Assembly (NCBI GenBank): GCA_007122335.1
Contig: SKTZ01000029.1
Location: forward strand, 5,593 to 69,592
Reading direction: 5' to 3'
DNA length: 64,000 nucleotides
Source: Bacillota bacterium
Lineage (GTDB): Bacteria > Bacillota > Halanaerobiia > B1SED10-174
Below are positions 46,542-56,395 of this stretch, piece by piece; positions within the stretch are counted from its first letter, which is position 1, and each line of letters starts with the position of its first letter. The notes under the pieces were generated by a model. That model was not told the DNA's origin. It saw only the letters and a program-made list of their open reading frames with translations, and ran no database searches. A program made the position numbers and the translations under genes.

Positions 46542-48956
46542 ATGGTTAATGCAATCGGGCCGAGCATGCAAAACGCGTTGCTTGTAACCGCGATATTTGC
46601 TCCCCTTCTGGCCGCTGGAGCCCTGTTTAAAGTAAGGGTTTTTAAAACGGCACACAAAATTGCTCTTGTGGCAATTGGGCTTGCTGTTGGGGCGTTAGTT
46701 GCTGTTGTTGGGGAGCCGATAGAATTTATCTGGGAAGGTTTCCTCGGGGTAAGATTTGTCCTTGCTCCTGATTACATGGGGATTTTCCTTGCCATTATGG
46801 CCCTTGTTTTATGGTTTCTTTATACTCTTTTTAGCCTTGATTTTATGCAGAGAAGCCATAATTCAATTCGTTTTCTTTTCTTTTCCCTGCTTTCCCTGAC
46901 TGGAACCCTTGGTGTTTTTCTTGCAGGGGATCTTTTTACAATGTTTGTCTTCTTTGAATTTATGGCCTTTGCCTCTTTTCCCCTGGTTATCCATGAGGAG
47001 ACTGAAGAGGCTCACCGGGCGGGCAAACAGTACCTTTATATTGGAGTGCTGGGAGGCCTGACTATTTTGCTGGGCCTTTTTCTGCTGTACCATCGCCTGG
47101 GAACTCTTGTATACAGTGAACTGGGAGGAGCACTGGCTGGTGGGTCCCCGGTGGATATAATAATTATCGCTGGTCTGCTGCTCGGGTTTGCCATAAAGGC
47201 GGGCCTGGTTCCAGTCCACTTCTGGGTACCCCAGGGTTATGTTGCCGCCCCGGCACCTGGTAGCGCAATCCTTTCTGCCGTTCTTAAAAAATGTGGAGTT
47301 TTTGGGATTATCCGTTTGCTCTTTTTAATGGCTCCGATGTTAACTTTCGGGCAGGTAATACTTGGTTTTGGTTTATTAACAATGGTTTTGGGATCGCTAC
47401 TGGCCTTTTTTGAGCATAACGGGAAAAGAATACTTGCTTACAGCAGTGTAAGCCAGGCGGGTTATATTATGGTAGGGTTCGGCGGAGGCGCGATAATGGC
47501 TGAAACTGGAGTAATGGGAGGTCTTGGTTCTTTTTTCCACGTTCTCAACCATGCTCTCTTCAAAGGAAGCCTATTTTTAGCTTTGGGTTATACTTTTCTG
47601 CGAACCCGGGAATTCAATATTTATCGCCTGGGTAACCTCTGGAAGAAGATGCCCTTTACAACCATTTTAGCAGTTGTTTCTGCAGCCGGGCTAATGGGAT
47701 TACCTCTTTTTAACGGTTATCCCAGCAAAACAATGATTCACCACGCCATTACTTTCGCCGAAAGTGAAACTCAAATGGCGATATACGGATATGCTGAAAC
47801 CCTTTTTAATATTGGTGCCGCAGGGACCACTGCTTATTGCATCAAGCTGATTTATAATGTTTTCTTCGCTCCCCGGGAGCCTGAGTTTACAGGGGAAAAA
47901 GAAAAACCCCTGGTTCAGGGGATATTTATGGTTTTAATTGTAGCCATGCTTTTTATCGGGCTGTTTCCAACTCTGACCATGGAAACCATTATTTTCCCCG
48001 CTGCAGGTGCTTTTTTCCTGGACCCTGATTTTGTTGATTATAAATTAGGTGGGTACAATTTTTTCAATGCTTATGATCTGCGGGGGGCTTTTAAAATTCT
48101 TTTAATTGGTCTGGGGTTAACCGCTATCAACCTTGTTTTGGTCAAAAAACGAATAGACCTTCCCCGCTGGTTATCAATTGAAAGGCTTGTTTTGAATCCT
48201 TTAATTAAGGCTTTAGGGGCAATTCTTGGTGCTTCATATTATTTTATTAATAATCGGCTAATGGGTTTTGGGACTGGTCTCGTAGAAGGCTATAAAAAAG
48301 GACTTCCCTTTATTAACCACCTGGATGGCTATGTTGATGAAATAGGAAAGAGAACAGATGATCTTTTTGCCGGATTTGTTTTCAAGACCTCGGGTAGCCA
48401 TGACCAGAGAAAGCTGATCAATCTGATTTTAGATTATGGAAAGGAAGAAAAAGAAGAAGCTGAGCTGCATGGGTTCTGGAATTGGTTAACGGGTGAAGGA
48501 ATTTTACAACCAGTTGATAAAGAGAATGTTGATTCCCCCGATTTTATTGGAAGTGTTGAAGATTTCAGCAAAAGAATTCAGGAAATGATGGAAAAAGAAG
48601 AGTTGACGGAAAAAGAGAAAAATCGCGTAGAAAGACTTTTTGCCCGGCTTATGGCTTTAGAAGAAAAGGGCATTTCCCCAAAAAGTATGGAGGAGAAAAG
48701 TTATCCTCATTTGCGGATTATCCAGCGAATGGAAGAGATATTCCAGTACCTTACGGGGAATATACAAACTGTTGACGGGTTGGAAAAAGACCAGGAAAAA
48801 GCCCGGGTAGACAAGAAAAAAATCGAAAAAAAGAAGGAAGCTCTGGATTCCGGCTGGGGCAAGTGGAGCGTGTTGAACCTTAATTTTGACATGATTATCC
48901 TTGCTGTTACTCTGGTAATTGCGGTTATATTGCTGGTATTTTTTGCCCAGATTTAA
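46542..48956 (+). CDS. MrpA/NuoL-like antiporter subunit with ~230-aa hydrophilic helical extension and C-terminal TM anchor
   Basis: N-terminal ~520 aa antiporter core (GFAIKAGLVPVHFWVPQGYVAAPAPGSAILS). Then a charged, coiled-coil-like region (EEKEEAELHGF...KEKNRVERLFARLMALEEKG...). It ends with a single TM (MIILAVTLVIAVILLVFFAQI). Confidence 0.75.
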   Translation: MVNAIGPSMQNALLVTAIFAPLLAAGALFKVRVFKTAHKIALVAIGLAVGALVAVVGEPIEFIWEGFLGVRFVLAPDYMGIFLAIMALVLWFLYTLFSLDFMQRSHNSIRFLFFSLLSLTGTLGVFLAGDLFTMFVFFEFMAFASFPLVIHEETEEAHRAGKQYLYIGVLGGLTILLGLFLLYHRLGTLVYSELGGALAGGSPVDIIIIAGLLLGFAIKAGLVPVHFWVPQGYVAAPAPGSAILSAVLKKCGVFGIIRLLFLMAPMLTFGQVILGFGLLTMVLGSLLAFFEHNGKRILAYSSVSQAGYIMVGFGGGAIMAETGVMGGLGSFFHVLNHALFKGSLFLALGYTFLRTREFNIYRLGNLWKKMPFTTILAVVSAAGLMGLPLFNGYPSKTMIHHAITFAESETQMAIYGYAETLFNIGAAGTTAYCIKLIYNVFFAPREPEFTGEKEKPLVQGIFMVLIVAMLFIGLFPTLTMETIIFPAAGAFFLDPDFVDYKLGGYNFFNAYDLRGAFKILLIGLGLTAINLVLVKKRIDLPRWLSIERLVLNPLIKALGAILGASYYFINNRLMGFGTGLVEGYKKGLPFINHLDGYVDEIGKRTDDLFAGFVFKTSGSHDQRKLINLILDYGKEEKEEAELHGFWNWLTGEGILQPVDKENVDSPDFIGSVEDFSKRIQEMMEKEELTEKEKNRVERLFARLMALEEKGISPKSMEEKSYPHLRIIQRMEEIFQYLTGNIQTVDGLEKDQEKARVDKKKIEKKKEALDSGWGKWSVLNLNFDMIILAVTLVIAVILLVFFAQI

Positions 48957-48972
48957 AAACCGGGGAGGCGAA

Positions 48973-49437
48973 ATGAATATTAAACATTTTATTGTGAATG
49001 TTGAAGCAGTAATTTCCCGTGGGGACAAGTGGTTGATAATTAAACGGAGTGAAAAGGAAGACCACGCACCTGGAGCCCTTGCTCTGGTGGGGGGGAAGGT
49101 AGAGGTTGACAAAGGAAATGTTATCGAAGATGTTTTAGAAAAAACTCTACACCGGGAGATTGAAGAAGAAGTCGGTATTGAGATAGAAAAAGATCTAGAG
49201 TATGTGGAAAGTAAATTTTTTGTCGCCGATGACAATCAGCCTGTTGTTGACCTTGTTTTTTTATGTCAATATAAAAGCGGTGAGGCAACTCCCGCAGACC
49301 CAGAGGAAGTTGCTGATGTATTCTGGAAAACCGAAGATGAGATCTTGGCAGATCCCAATACACCAGAATATTTAAAAAGGAGTTTGCAGAAAGCTTGGGA
49401 AGTAAAAAATGAAATGGATCCAGGATTAAATTCCTGA
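48973..49437 (+). CDS. NUDIX hydrolase
   Basis: Nudix box GGKVEVDKGNVIEDVLEKTLHREIEEEVGIEI. ATG 48973 after GGGGAGG. No terminator separates it from the mrp cluster. Confidence 0.8.
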   Translation: MNIKHFIVNVEAVISRGDKWLIIKRSEKEDHAPGALALVGGKVEVDKGNVIEDVLEKTLHREIEEEVGIEIEKDLEYVESKFFVADDNQPVVDLVFLCQYKSGEATPADPEEVADVFWKTEDEILADPNTPEYLKRSLQKAWEVKNEMDPGLNS

Positions 49438-49474
49438 CTCCCCAGGGGGATTGGATTCTCCTGGGAATAAAAAA

Positions 49475-49502
49475 AGCTCCCGTATGAGGGAGCTTTGTTT
49501 TA
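49475..49502 (+). terminator. rho-independent terminator
   Basis: AGCTCCC-GTATGA-GGGAGCT hairpin followed by TTGTTTT. Confidence 0.7.
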
Positions 49503-49504
49503 AG

Positions 49505-49591
49505 TGGTGCCGAAGGTGGGATTCGAACCCACACGAAGGTAACTTCACACGACCCTGAATCGTGCGCGTCTGCCAATTCCGCCACTTCGGC
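49505..49591 (-). tRNA. tRNA-Leu (anticodon CAG)
   Basis: The reverse complement reads GCCGAAG-TG-GCGG...ACGC-CACGA-TTCAGGG-TCGTG-(long variable arm)-GTGGG-TTCGAAT-CCCAC-CTTCGGC-ACCA. It has a 7-bp acceptor stem, a CAG anticodon loop, a long extra arm and an encoded CCA. Confidence 0.85.
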
Positions 49592-49782
49592 TTACACATA
49601 TAATATAAAGTATCGTGGTCTCCTTGTCAAGGAATATCTGGTATTTTTGGCAGGAATAATGTGCTTTATGACGAATTGAAAAAGGTGGGTGTTTAACAGG
49701 AAAGAAAATTATTAGGCAAGTGGGATGGATTGGTTTTGCGAGGATTGAAAAATATTTTTGGTGCGAGGAGGGCAGGTTCTAT

Positions 49783-50232
49783 ATGAGCAAGGATCTGGTC
49801 GCAGAAAAGTCAAACCTTATTAAGGTGTTACAGACGGAGCAAAAGAAGGAAGGTTTTATCTCTGATGCTGCAATAGAGAGAATAGCTGGAGAATTTAACC
49901 TTCCTGTTGTAGAGGTTGAAGGTGTTGTGAGTTTTTATACCCAGTTCAAAAGGGTTCCCCCGGGCAAATACCAGATTATGGTTTGTGATGGGACTGCATG
50001 TCATATTATCGGTTCAACCCTGATCTTGAACTGGCTTACTGACGAACTTGGCATAAAAGACGGGGAGACCGATGAAGAAGGTCTCTTTTCTTTGGAAAGC
50101 GTTGCCTGCCTGGGTTGTTGCAGTTTAGCCCCGGTAATCAGCATTAACGGCAAGGTCTATGGTAAGCTTGATCGCAAAAAACTATTAAAAATTGTAGCAG
50201 ACTTTCGGAAAAAGGAGGCAGCTGGATCATGA
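49783..50232 (+). CDS. NuoE/HydC-family [2Fe-2S] ferredoxin subunit (second copy)
   Basis: VCDGTACHIIG...ACLGCCSLAPV four-Cys pattern. ATG 49783 after GAGGAGGG. Confidence 0.8.
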   Translation: MSKDLVAEKSNLIKVLQTEQKKEGFISDAAIERIAGEFNLPVVEVEGVVSFYTQFKRVPPGKYQIMVCDGTACHIIGSTLILNWLTDELGIKDGETDEEGLFSLESVACLGCCSLAPVISINGKVYGKLDRKKLLKIVADFRKKEAAGS

Positions 50233-51950
50233 TAAAAAGAATTAAAGTGGGGATGGCCAGCTGTGGTATTGCTGCCGGAGCAGGTGAAGTGCTGGAATTA
50301 CTGCAGGAAATGGCCGGAGATAATAAAGTTGTTGAAGTTGGTTGTATCGGACACTGTTATGCTGAACCTCTTGTTGAAGTTGAAACAGATTCCGGGGACT
50401 ATATTTTTGAAAAAGTCCAACCCAAGGAAGAAGACCTGCAGAAGATTATTGACCTGGATGAATTTTCTCGCTTTCAACCCCATTCCCCGCGTGTTGATAA
50501 AGAAAGACAATTGATTACCTCTCTCGCCGGGAAAATTGTTCCCACCTCTCTTGAGGAATACAGGGCTAACAAAGGATACGAGGGCTTGAAAAAAGCTCTG
50601 GAAATGGAACCGGATGCAATTGTTGACGAAGTGAAAACTTCCAAGTTGCGTGGCCGTGGTGGGGGAGGTTTTCCCACGGGATTAAAATGGAGCTTCCTGG
50701 CAGCCAAGGACAGCGAGCAAAAAGTTTTAATTTGCAATGCTGACGAGGGAGATCCGGGGGCTTTCATGGATCGGACTTTAATGGAATCACTTCCCCATCA
50801 GGTTTTGGAAGGAATGTTGATCGGGGCGAAAGCAACTGGTGCCCGCCAATTATTTATTTATTGCCGGGCGGAATATCCCCTGGCAGTAAAAAATTTGAAT
50901 ATTGCGATTGAACAGATTGAAAAAGAAGGCCTTAATATAATCGATGGAGAGCCCGTTAAAATTATGGTTAAAGAAGGAGCGGGGGCATTTGTTTGCGGAG
51001 AAGAAACTGCCCTCATTCACTCCCTTGAAGGGAAGAGAGGGACTCCAAGGTATCGCCCCCCATATCCAACTGACTATGGTTTCCACGGCTATCCCTCGGC
51101 AATAAACAATGTTGAAAGTTTTGCGAATATCCCCCTGATTGTCCGGGATGGAGGGGAAAATTTTGCAGCTACGGGAACCGAGAATAGCACGGGAACAAAA
51201 CTCTTTGCTCTCGCCGGAGACCTGGAGTATTCTGGACTTGTTGAGGTTCCCATGGGAATTTCTATAGGGGAAGTTGTCTACGACATTGGAGGGGCTGAAC
51301 CGGGAAGTGTTAAGGCTGTCCAGATTGGAGGCCCCAGCGGTGGTTGCATTCCTGCGGAACACTTTGATACTCCCATTGACTACGACTCTCTCACTTCCCT
51401 GGGTGCAATTATGGGGTCAGGTGGCTTGATTGTAATTGGAAATAACCGTTGCATGGTTGAAACTGCTCGCTATTTCCTGGAATTTACAACCAGGGAAAGC
51501 TGCGGGAAGTGTACTTTCTGCCGGATCGGAACCAAGCGAATGCTGGAGACTCTGGAAAGAATAACCGGTGGGGAAGGTGGTCCCGAAGATGTAGAGCTCC
51601 TCGCTGATCTGGGTAAGAAAATTATTCAGGGATCCTTGTGTGGGCTCGGTCAAACCGCTCCCAACCCGGTGCTTTCTACCCTCAAATATTTCAATAATGA
51701 ATACCTGGCTCACGTCGAAGAAGGCCATTGTGCGGCCATGGAGTGCAAGGCCCTGGTTGATGTTTTTATCGATAGGGAAACCTGCATTGAATGCGGGCAG
51801 TGTATTAAGAATTGCCCCGTTGATTGTATAAGCGAGGATTACGTGATTGATAATGAAATTTGCACCCGCTGCAACAGCTGTATTGAGGTTTGTCCTGTAG
51901 ATGCCATTGCCCGGGTTGCGAAAGGAGGGGAAGTCAGTGTCGGAAATTAA
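50229..51950 (+). CDS. NuoF/HydB-family NAD(H)-binding flavoprotein with N-terminal [2Fe-2S] and C-terminal 2x[4Fe-4S] domains (second copy)
   Basis: GRGGGGFPTGLKW motif and CxxCxxCxxxCP x2 at the C-terminus. Paralog of 36325..38076. Confidence 0.85.
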   Translation: MIKRIKVGMASCGIAAGAGEVLELLQEMAGDNKVVEVGCIGHCYAEPLVEVETDSGDYIFEKVQPKEEDLQKIIDLDEFSRFQPHSPRVDKERQLITSLAGKIVPTSLEEYRANKGYEGLKKALEMEPDAIVDEVKTSKLRGRGGGGFPTGLKWSFLAAKDSEQKVLICNADEGDPGAFMDRTLMESLPHQVLEGMLIGAKATGARQLFIYCRAEYPLAVKNLNIAIEQIEKEGLNIIDGEPVKIMVKEGAGAFVCGEETALIHSLEGKRGTPRYRPPYPTDYGFHGYPSAINNVESFANIPLIVRDGGENFAATGTENSTGTKLFALAGDLEYSGLVEVPMGISIGEVVYDIGGAEPGSVKAVQIGGPSGGCIPAEHFDTPIDYDSLTSLGAIMGSGGLIVIGNNRCMVETARYFLEFTTRESCGKCTFCRIGTKRMLETLERITGGEGGPEDVELLADLGKKIIQGSLCGLGQTAPNPVLSTLKYFNNEYLAHVEEGHCAAMECKALVDVFIDRETCIECGQCIKNCPVDCISEDYVIDNEICTRCNSCIEVCPVDAIARVAKGGEVSVGN

Positions 51951-53976
51951 ACTGACCATAGACGGAAAACAGATTACAGCCCCCAGAGGGAAGACCATAC
52001 TTGAAGTGGCCAAAGAAAATGGGATAGAAATCCCGACCATGTGTCACGATGATAGAATAAGCCAGACCACCTCCTGCTTTGTTTGTATTGTCCGGGAAGG
52101 GAAGAATGGAAACTGGATGCCCTCCTGCTCTGCAGAAGCCCAGGATGGGATGGAAGTTGATGCATCAAGTGATCTAGTTCGGGATATGCGGAAAACCGCC
52201 CTGGACCTGCTCCTTTCTGAGCATAGCGGAGATTGCGAGGCTCCCTGCACGATTTCCTGTCCCGCCCATGCCCGGGTTGAAGAATACGTGAGAGCAGGAC
52301 GGGACGGTGATTTGCGGAAAACACTGGAAATTGCCAAGGAGCGTATTCCCCTGCCCCTCTCAATTGGAAGGGTTTGTCCGCGGTTTTGTGAAAAGGACTG
52401 CCGGCGTAATGTGTTAGATAATGAAGGTGTTGCCATTAACGATTTCAAACGCATTTCGGCCGACCTTTATTATGATGAATATATGGAGGAACGGAAAGAA
52501 CTGACCGGACAAAAGGTTGCTATTATCGGTTCTGGCCCTGGCGGACTGGCAACTGCCTATTTCCTGAGGTTAGAAGGTGTGGCCTCTGATATTTACGAAA
52601 AATTACCTGAGGCCGGAGGTATGCTCCGTTACGGTATTCCAGAATACCGCTTGCCCAAGAAGGTTTTGGATAAAGAACTGGCTCATTTTGAAAAAATGGG
52701 TGGTATTAAAATATACTGTAATAACGAATTGGGCAAAGACATCCAGCTGGATAAACTCAAAAAAGAATATGATGCAGTTGTGGTAGCTGTTGGTTCCTGG
52801 AAGGCCAGCGGAATGAGAACTGAAGGGGAAGAGCTGGCCAGGGGAGGCATTGACTGGCTGGAAGAGCTGGCCCTTAATGGCTGGAAAGGTGAAGACCCTG
52901 GAGAAACCATAGTTGTAGGTGGTGGAAACACCGCCATGGACTGTGTACGCAGTGCGCTTCGCCTGACTGATGAACCTGTTCACTGTATGTACCGCCGGAC
53001 GGAAAAAGAAATGCCGGCCGAGCAAATTGAGATAGATGAAGCACGGGAGGAAGGTGCCCGGTTTAATTTCCTAACTCAGCCCATTAAACTTCGCAGAGAA
53101 AACGGGAAACTTGTTCTGGAATGCTTGCGGATGGAACTGGGTGAACCAGATGCTTCGGGAAGAAGGCGTCCCGTGCCCATTGAAGGCAGTGAATTTGAAG
53201 TTGCCGCAGATACTGTTATCGCTGCTATCGGACAGAAAACCCTTGCTCCAAAAGGGCTTCCAACTAACAAGTGGGGCGACGTAGATGTTGAAGAAGCTGA
53301 CTGCCGGGCAGAAGGTAATGTTTTTGCTGCAGGTGACTGTGTAAGTGGTCCAGCAACAGTTGTCGAAGCAGTTGCCGGTGGAAGAAGAACTGCCCTGGGA
53401 ATACTGGCCTACCTTAAAGGAGAAGAGTGCCAGCTTCCCCGTCAGATTAATGTCTCGCGCGGACACTGGCAGAGCATGTCCGAAGACGATCTGGTCTACC
53501 TTTTTGAACCCGATAAAAACAAAAGAGTCCCTCTGCGTTTGATACCCCTGGAAGAGAGAACTTCTACCTTTAAAGAAGTTAGTTATACCTTTACCGAAGA
53601 GGAAATTTTGGAAGAAGGAAAACGCTGTATTGAGTGTAGCTGTACTGCCAAAGGAGATTGTAAGCTTAAAGACTTCTCTGAAACCTATGGAGCCCATCCG
53701 GAAACATTTGGTGGAGAGAAAGGAAATAATACCTACAATTCCCGCCATCCCCACATAATAATGGATAACGGAAAATGTGTAAAATGTGGGATTTGTGTAA
53801 AAGTCTGCAGCGAGGTCGTTAACGAATATCTCCTGGGCTTTAAAAACCGGGGCTTTAAAACCAAGGTTGAAACTGCATTTGATACAACCCTTCCTGAATT
53901 CTGCACCGATTGCGGTGAATGTATTGAAGCCTGCCCGGTGGGAGCCCTGGATTGGAAAAAGAAAAAGGACGAATAA
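51937..53976 (+). CDS. GltD/NfnB-like NAD(P)H-dependent FAD oxidoreductase fused between NuoG-type N-terminal [2Fe-2S] and C-terminal His-ligated/[4Fe-4S] cluster domains
   Basis: N-terminal ferredoxin-like [2Fe-2S] region ([22 protein letters not shown]...MCHDD...CFVC). Then the GltD-type two-cluster motif ([10 protein letters not shown]...CPRFCEKDC) and the FAD/NAD(P) Rossmann motif ([15 protein letters not shown]). The C-terminus carries [21 protein letters not shown] and [15 protein letters not shown] 51937 after AAAGGAGGGG. Confidence 0.7.
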   Translation: MSEIKLTIDGKQITAPRGKTILEVAKENGIEIPTMCHDDRISQTTSCFVCIVREGKNGNWMPSCSAEAQDGMEVDASSDLVRDMRKTALDLLLSEHSGDCEAPCTISCPAHARVEEYVRAGRDGDLRKTLEIAKERIPLPLSIGRVCPRFCEKDCRRNVLDNEGVAINDFKRISADLYYDEYMEERKELTGQKVAIIGSGPGGLATAYFLRLEGVASDIYEKLPEAGGMLRYGIPEYRLPKKVLDKELAHFEKMGGIKIYCNNELGKDIQLDKLKKEYDAVVVAVGSWKASGMRTEGEELARGGIDWLEELALNGWKGEDPGETIVVGGGNTAMDCVRSALRLTDEPVHCMYRRTEKEMPAEQIEIDEAREEGARFNFLTQPIKLRRENGKLVLECLRMELGEPDASGRRRPVPIEGSEFEVAADTVIAAIGQKTLAPKGLPTNKWGDVDVEEADCRAEGNVFAAGDCVSGPATVVEAVAGGRRTALGILAYLKGEECQLPRQINVSRGHWQSMSEDDLVYLFEPDKNKRVPLRLIPLEERTSTFKEVSYTFTEEEILEEGKRCIECSCTAKGDCKLKDFSETYGAHPETFGGEKGNNTYNSRHPHIIMDNGKCVKCGICVKVCSEVVNEYLLGFKNRGFKTKVETAFDTTLPEFCTDCGECIEACPVGALDWKKKKDE

Positions 53977-54014
53977 AAAAAATAACCGCCCGGGAAAACA
54001 AAGGAGGAATTTGC

Positions 54015-54863
54015 ATGTCAAAACTTATTGATGGAAAGCAGATTGCTAAAGAAATCAGGGTAGAATTAAAAAAAGAAGTAGATGCCTTAAAGGAAAAAAC
54101 AGGAAAAGTTCCTGGCCTGGCAGTGGTTCTGGTTGGGGAAGATCCTGCATCAGCAACTTACGTTCGGATGAAGGGAAAAGCCTGCGAAGAAGCAGGATTT
54201 TTGTCCCGCACCCACAGGCTGTCTGAAAACACCACGCAAAAAGAATTGCTGGATTTAGTTAAACAACTCAACGATGATGACGAGATCCATGGAATTCTGG
54301 TTCAATTGCCTCTGCCGGATGGTCTTGACGAACAGGAAGTTCTTTATACAATTGACCCGGAAAAAGACGTGGATGGTTTTCATCCCTTCAATGTTGGCCG
54401 CTTGATGACGGGAGATCCCAGTTTTGTGCCCTGCACTCCTCGTGGTGTAATTGAACTCCTCGACCGGTCGGGAGTTGAAATAAAGGGTAAGAGAGCTGTT
54501 GTAATCGGAAGGAGCAACATTGTTGGGAAACCGGTTGCCCTTTTACTGCTACAGAAGCATGCAACGGTAACCATCTGTCATTCTCGGACCCAGGACCTTC
54601 CCGGAGTAGTGCGGGAGGCAGATATTGTTGTTGCCGCGGTGGGAAGACCAGAAATGGTAAAAGGGGATTGGATTAAAGAAGGTGCAATAGTTATTGATGT
54701 AGGTGTCAACAGGGTTGGCGAGAAAAAACTGGTTGGAGACGTTGCATTTGATGAAGCAAAAGAAGTTGCCAGCCTGATAACTCCTGTCCCCGGTGGGGTT
54801 GGCCCAATGACAATCGCCATGTTATTACAGAACACCCTGGAATCTTTCAAAAACCATGGATAA
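54015..54863 (+). CDS. folD: bifunctional methylenetetrahydrofolate dehydrogenase/methenyl-THF cyclohydrolase
   Basis: [15 protein letters not shown]...[21 protein letters not shown]... is a typical FolD. Confidence 0.9.
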   Translation: MSKLIDGKQIAKEIRVELKKEVDALKEKTGKVPGLAVVLVGEDPASATYVRMKGKACEEAGFLSRTHRLSENTTQKELLDLVKQLNDDDEIHGILVQLPLPDGLDEQEVLYTIDPEKDVDGFHPFNVGRLMTGDPSFVPCTPRGVIELLDRSGVEIKGKRAVVIGRSNIVGKPVALLLLQKHATVTICHSRTQDLPGVVREADIVVAAVGRPEMVKGDWIKEGAIVIDVGVNRVGEKKLVGDVAFDEAKEVASLITPVPGGVGPMTIAMLLQNTLESFKNHG

Positions 54864-56103
54864 AACAGTCCTTACCGTTAGCGAACTCACCAGCTACCTG
54901 CAGGGTGTTTTGCGACGGGAAGAACTGTTAAGTGACCTCTGGGTGGCTGGTGAAATATCTAATTTTCACCAGCACCATTCGGGCCACTGCTACTTTACCC
55001 TCAAGGACAAGGAATCCAGGCTGCGGGCCGTTTTTTTCAAAAGCCACGCTGAAAAGATCAAGTTTAAAATGGAAAATGGACTGGATGTAATGGCCCGCGG
55101 TTATATTGATATTTACAAACAACGCGGAGAATATCAGCTGTATGTTCAGGAAATGGAGCCCGCCGGAATTGGGGCCCTGCACCTGGCTTTTGAACAGCTT
55201 AAAAAGAAATTGGAGGGAGAAGGGCTTTTTGCGGAAGAGCATAAAAAGCCCCTTCCTCCTTTTCCGCAAAAAGTAGGAGTGGTTAGTTCAGCTTCAGGGG
55301 CCGCGATAAAGGATATCCTTGCTGTTTTCCAGAGGCGTTCTGCAGGTACCTCGTTGCTTCTCGCTCCTGCCCGGGTCCAGGGGGAAGGCGCAGGAGAAGA
55401 GATTGCTGATGCTTTGGATAAACTTTCCCGGACCGATGTCGACGTGATAATTGTAACCAGGGGAGGCGGCTCATTGGAAGAACTCTGGGCTTTTAACGAG
55501 GAAGTTGTTGCTCGGGCCATTTTTTCCTGCCAAATCCCCGTTATCTCTGCTGTGGGACACGAGAGGGATTTTACCATTGCTGACTTTGTTGCAGACAGCA
55601 GGGCTCCAACCCCATCTGCAGCAGCGGAAATGGTTGTTCCCGACCACCGTCAGCTCAAAAAAGATATCCTGGAATACAAGCGGAGACTGGAAAAAGGACT
55701 CATCTCTCTTCTGGATAAAAGGAAGCAGGAACTGGAGAGATTGATGCAAAAAAGGATTTTCGTGCACCCTAAAGAAGAATTAATTGAAAGGCGCCGTCAG
55801 CTGCTTGATGAACTGGAAAACAAGATGGTGACCAAGGTCAAGCATGAACAGCAGATGGAAAGGGAAAGATTGCAAACCCGGGTTGCGCGGCTGGAAGGTT
55901 TAAGCCCGCTAAAAATTCTCGGCCTGGGATACAGCATTTGTACAGACCTTTCCGGGGAAAAAGTTTATAAAGATTTCCGACAGTTAGAGACCGATGAACA
56001 AATCAGGATAATTCTTTCCCGGGGAGAAGCAGAAGCCCGGGTAATTTCCACTCATGATAAGGCAAAAAAGGAGGATGGAAATGGGGGCCAGGCAAAAGGA
56101 TAA
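54856..56103 (+). CDS. xseA: exodeoxyribonuclease VII large subunit
   Basis: OB-fold N-terminus ([14 protein letters not shown]...[17 protein letters not shown]) and XseA catalytic region. Confidence 0.85.
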   Translation: MDKTVLTVSELTSYLQGVLRREELLSDLWVAGEISNFHQHHSGHCYFTLKDKESRLRAVFFKSHAEKIKFKMENGLDVMARGYIDIYKQRGEYQLYVQEMEPAGIGALHLAFEQLKKKLEGEGLFAEEHKKPLPPFPQKVGVVSSASGAAIKDILAVFQRRSAGTSLLLAPARVQGEGAGEEIADALDKLSRTDVDVIIVTRGGGSLEELWAFNEEVVARAIFSCQIPVISAVGHERDFTIADFVADSRAPTPSAAAEMVVPDHRQLKKDILEYKRRLEKGLISLLDKRKQELERLMQKRIFVHPKEELIERRRQLLDELENKMVTKVKHEQQMERERLQTRVARLEGLSPLKILGLGYSICTDLSGEKVYKDFRQLETDEQIRIILSRGEAEARVISTHDKAKKEDGNGGQAKG

Positions 56104-56395
56104 GTTGAGTTTTGAGGAGGCACTCCAGAAACTGGAGCAAATAGTTGAGAAACTGGAAAGCGGCGATTTAAAGCTGGATGAATCCCTTGAATTGTTTGAA
56201 GAAGGTGTTCGTCTTTCCCGGCTCTGCCAGAAAAAACTGGAAGAGGCCCAGGGCAAAATAGAAAAACTGGTCACCGAGAAAGATGGTGAGATCGAAACAG
56301 AACCTTTTGCTTCCCCGGAAAAAGATGAAGAAGATCAAAACGGAACTGGAAAGGATTCAAAAAATAGTAGAAACTTATTTGCCCAGGATAACTGA
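56081..56395 (+). CDS. xseB: exodeoxyribonuclease VII small subunit (with C-terminal extension)
   Basis: [50 protein letters not shown] is the XseB helical hairpin. Overlaps ispA by ~70 nt. Confidence 0.75.
   Translation: MGARQKDKLSFEEALQKLEQIVEKLESGDLKLDESLELFEEGVRLSRLCQKKLEEAQGKIEKLVTEKDGEIETEPFASPEKDEEDQNGTGKDSKNSRNLFAQDN

Noticed and set aside
53071-54021. 316-aa ORF on the minus strand
   Set aside because: Entirely antisense to the well-supported GltD-like gene. Low-complexity composition and no motif. Likely spurious.
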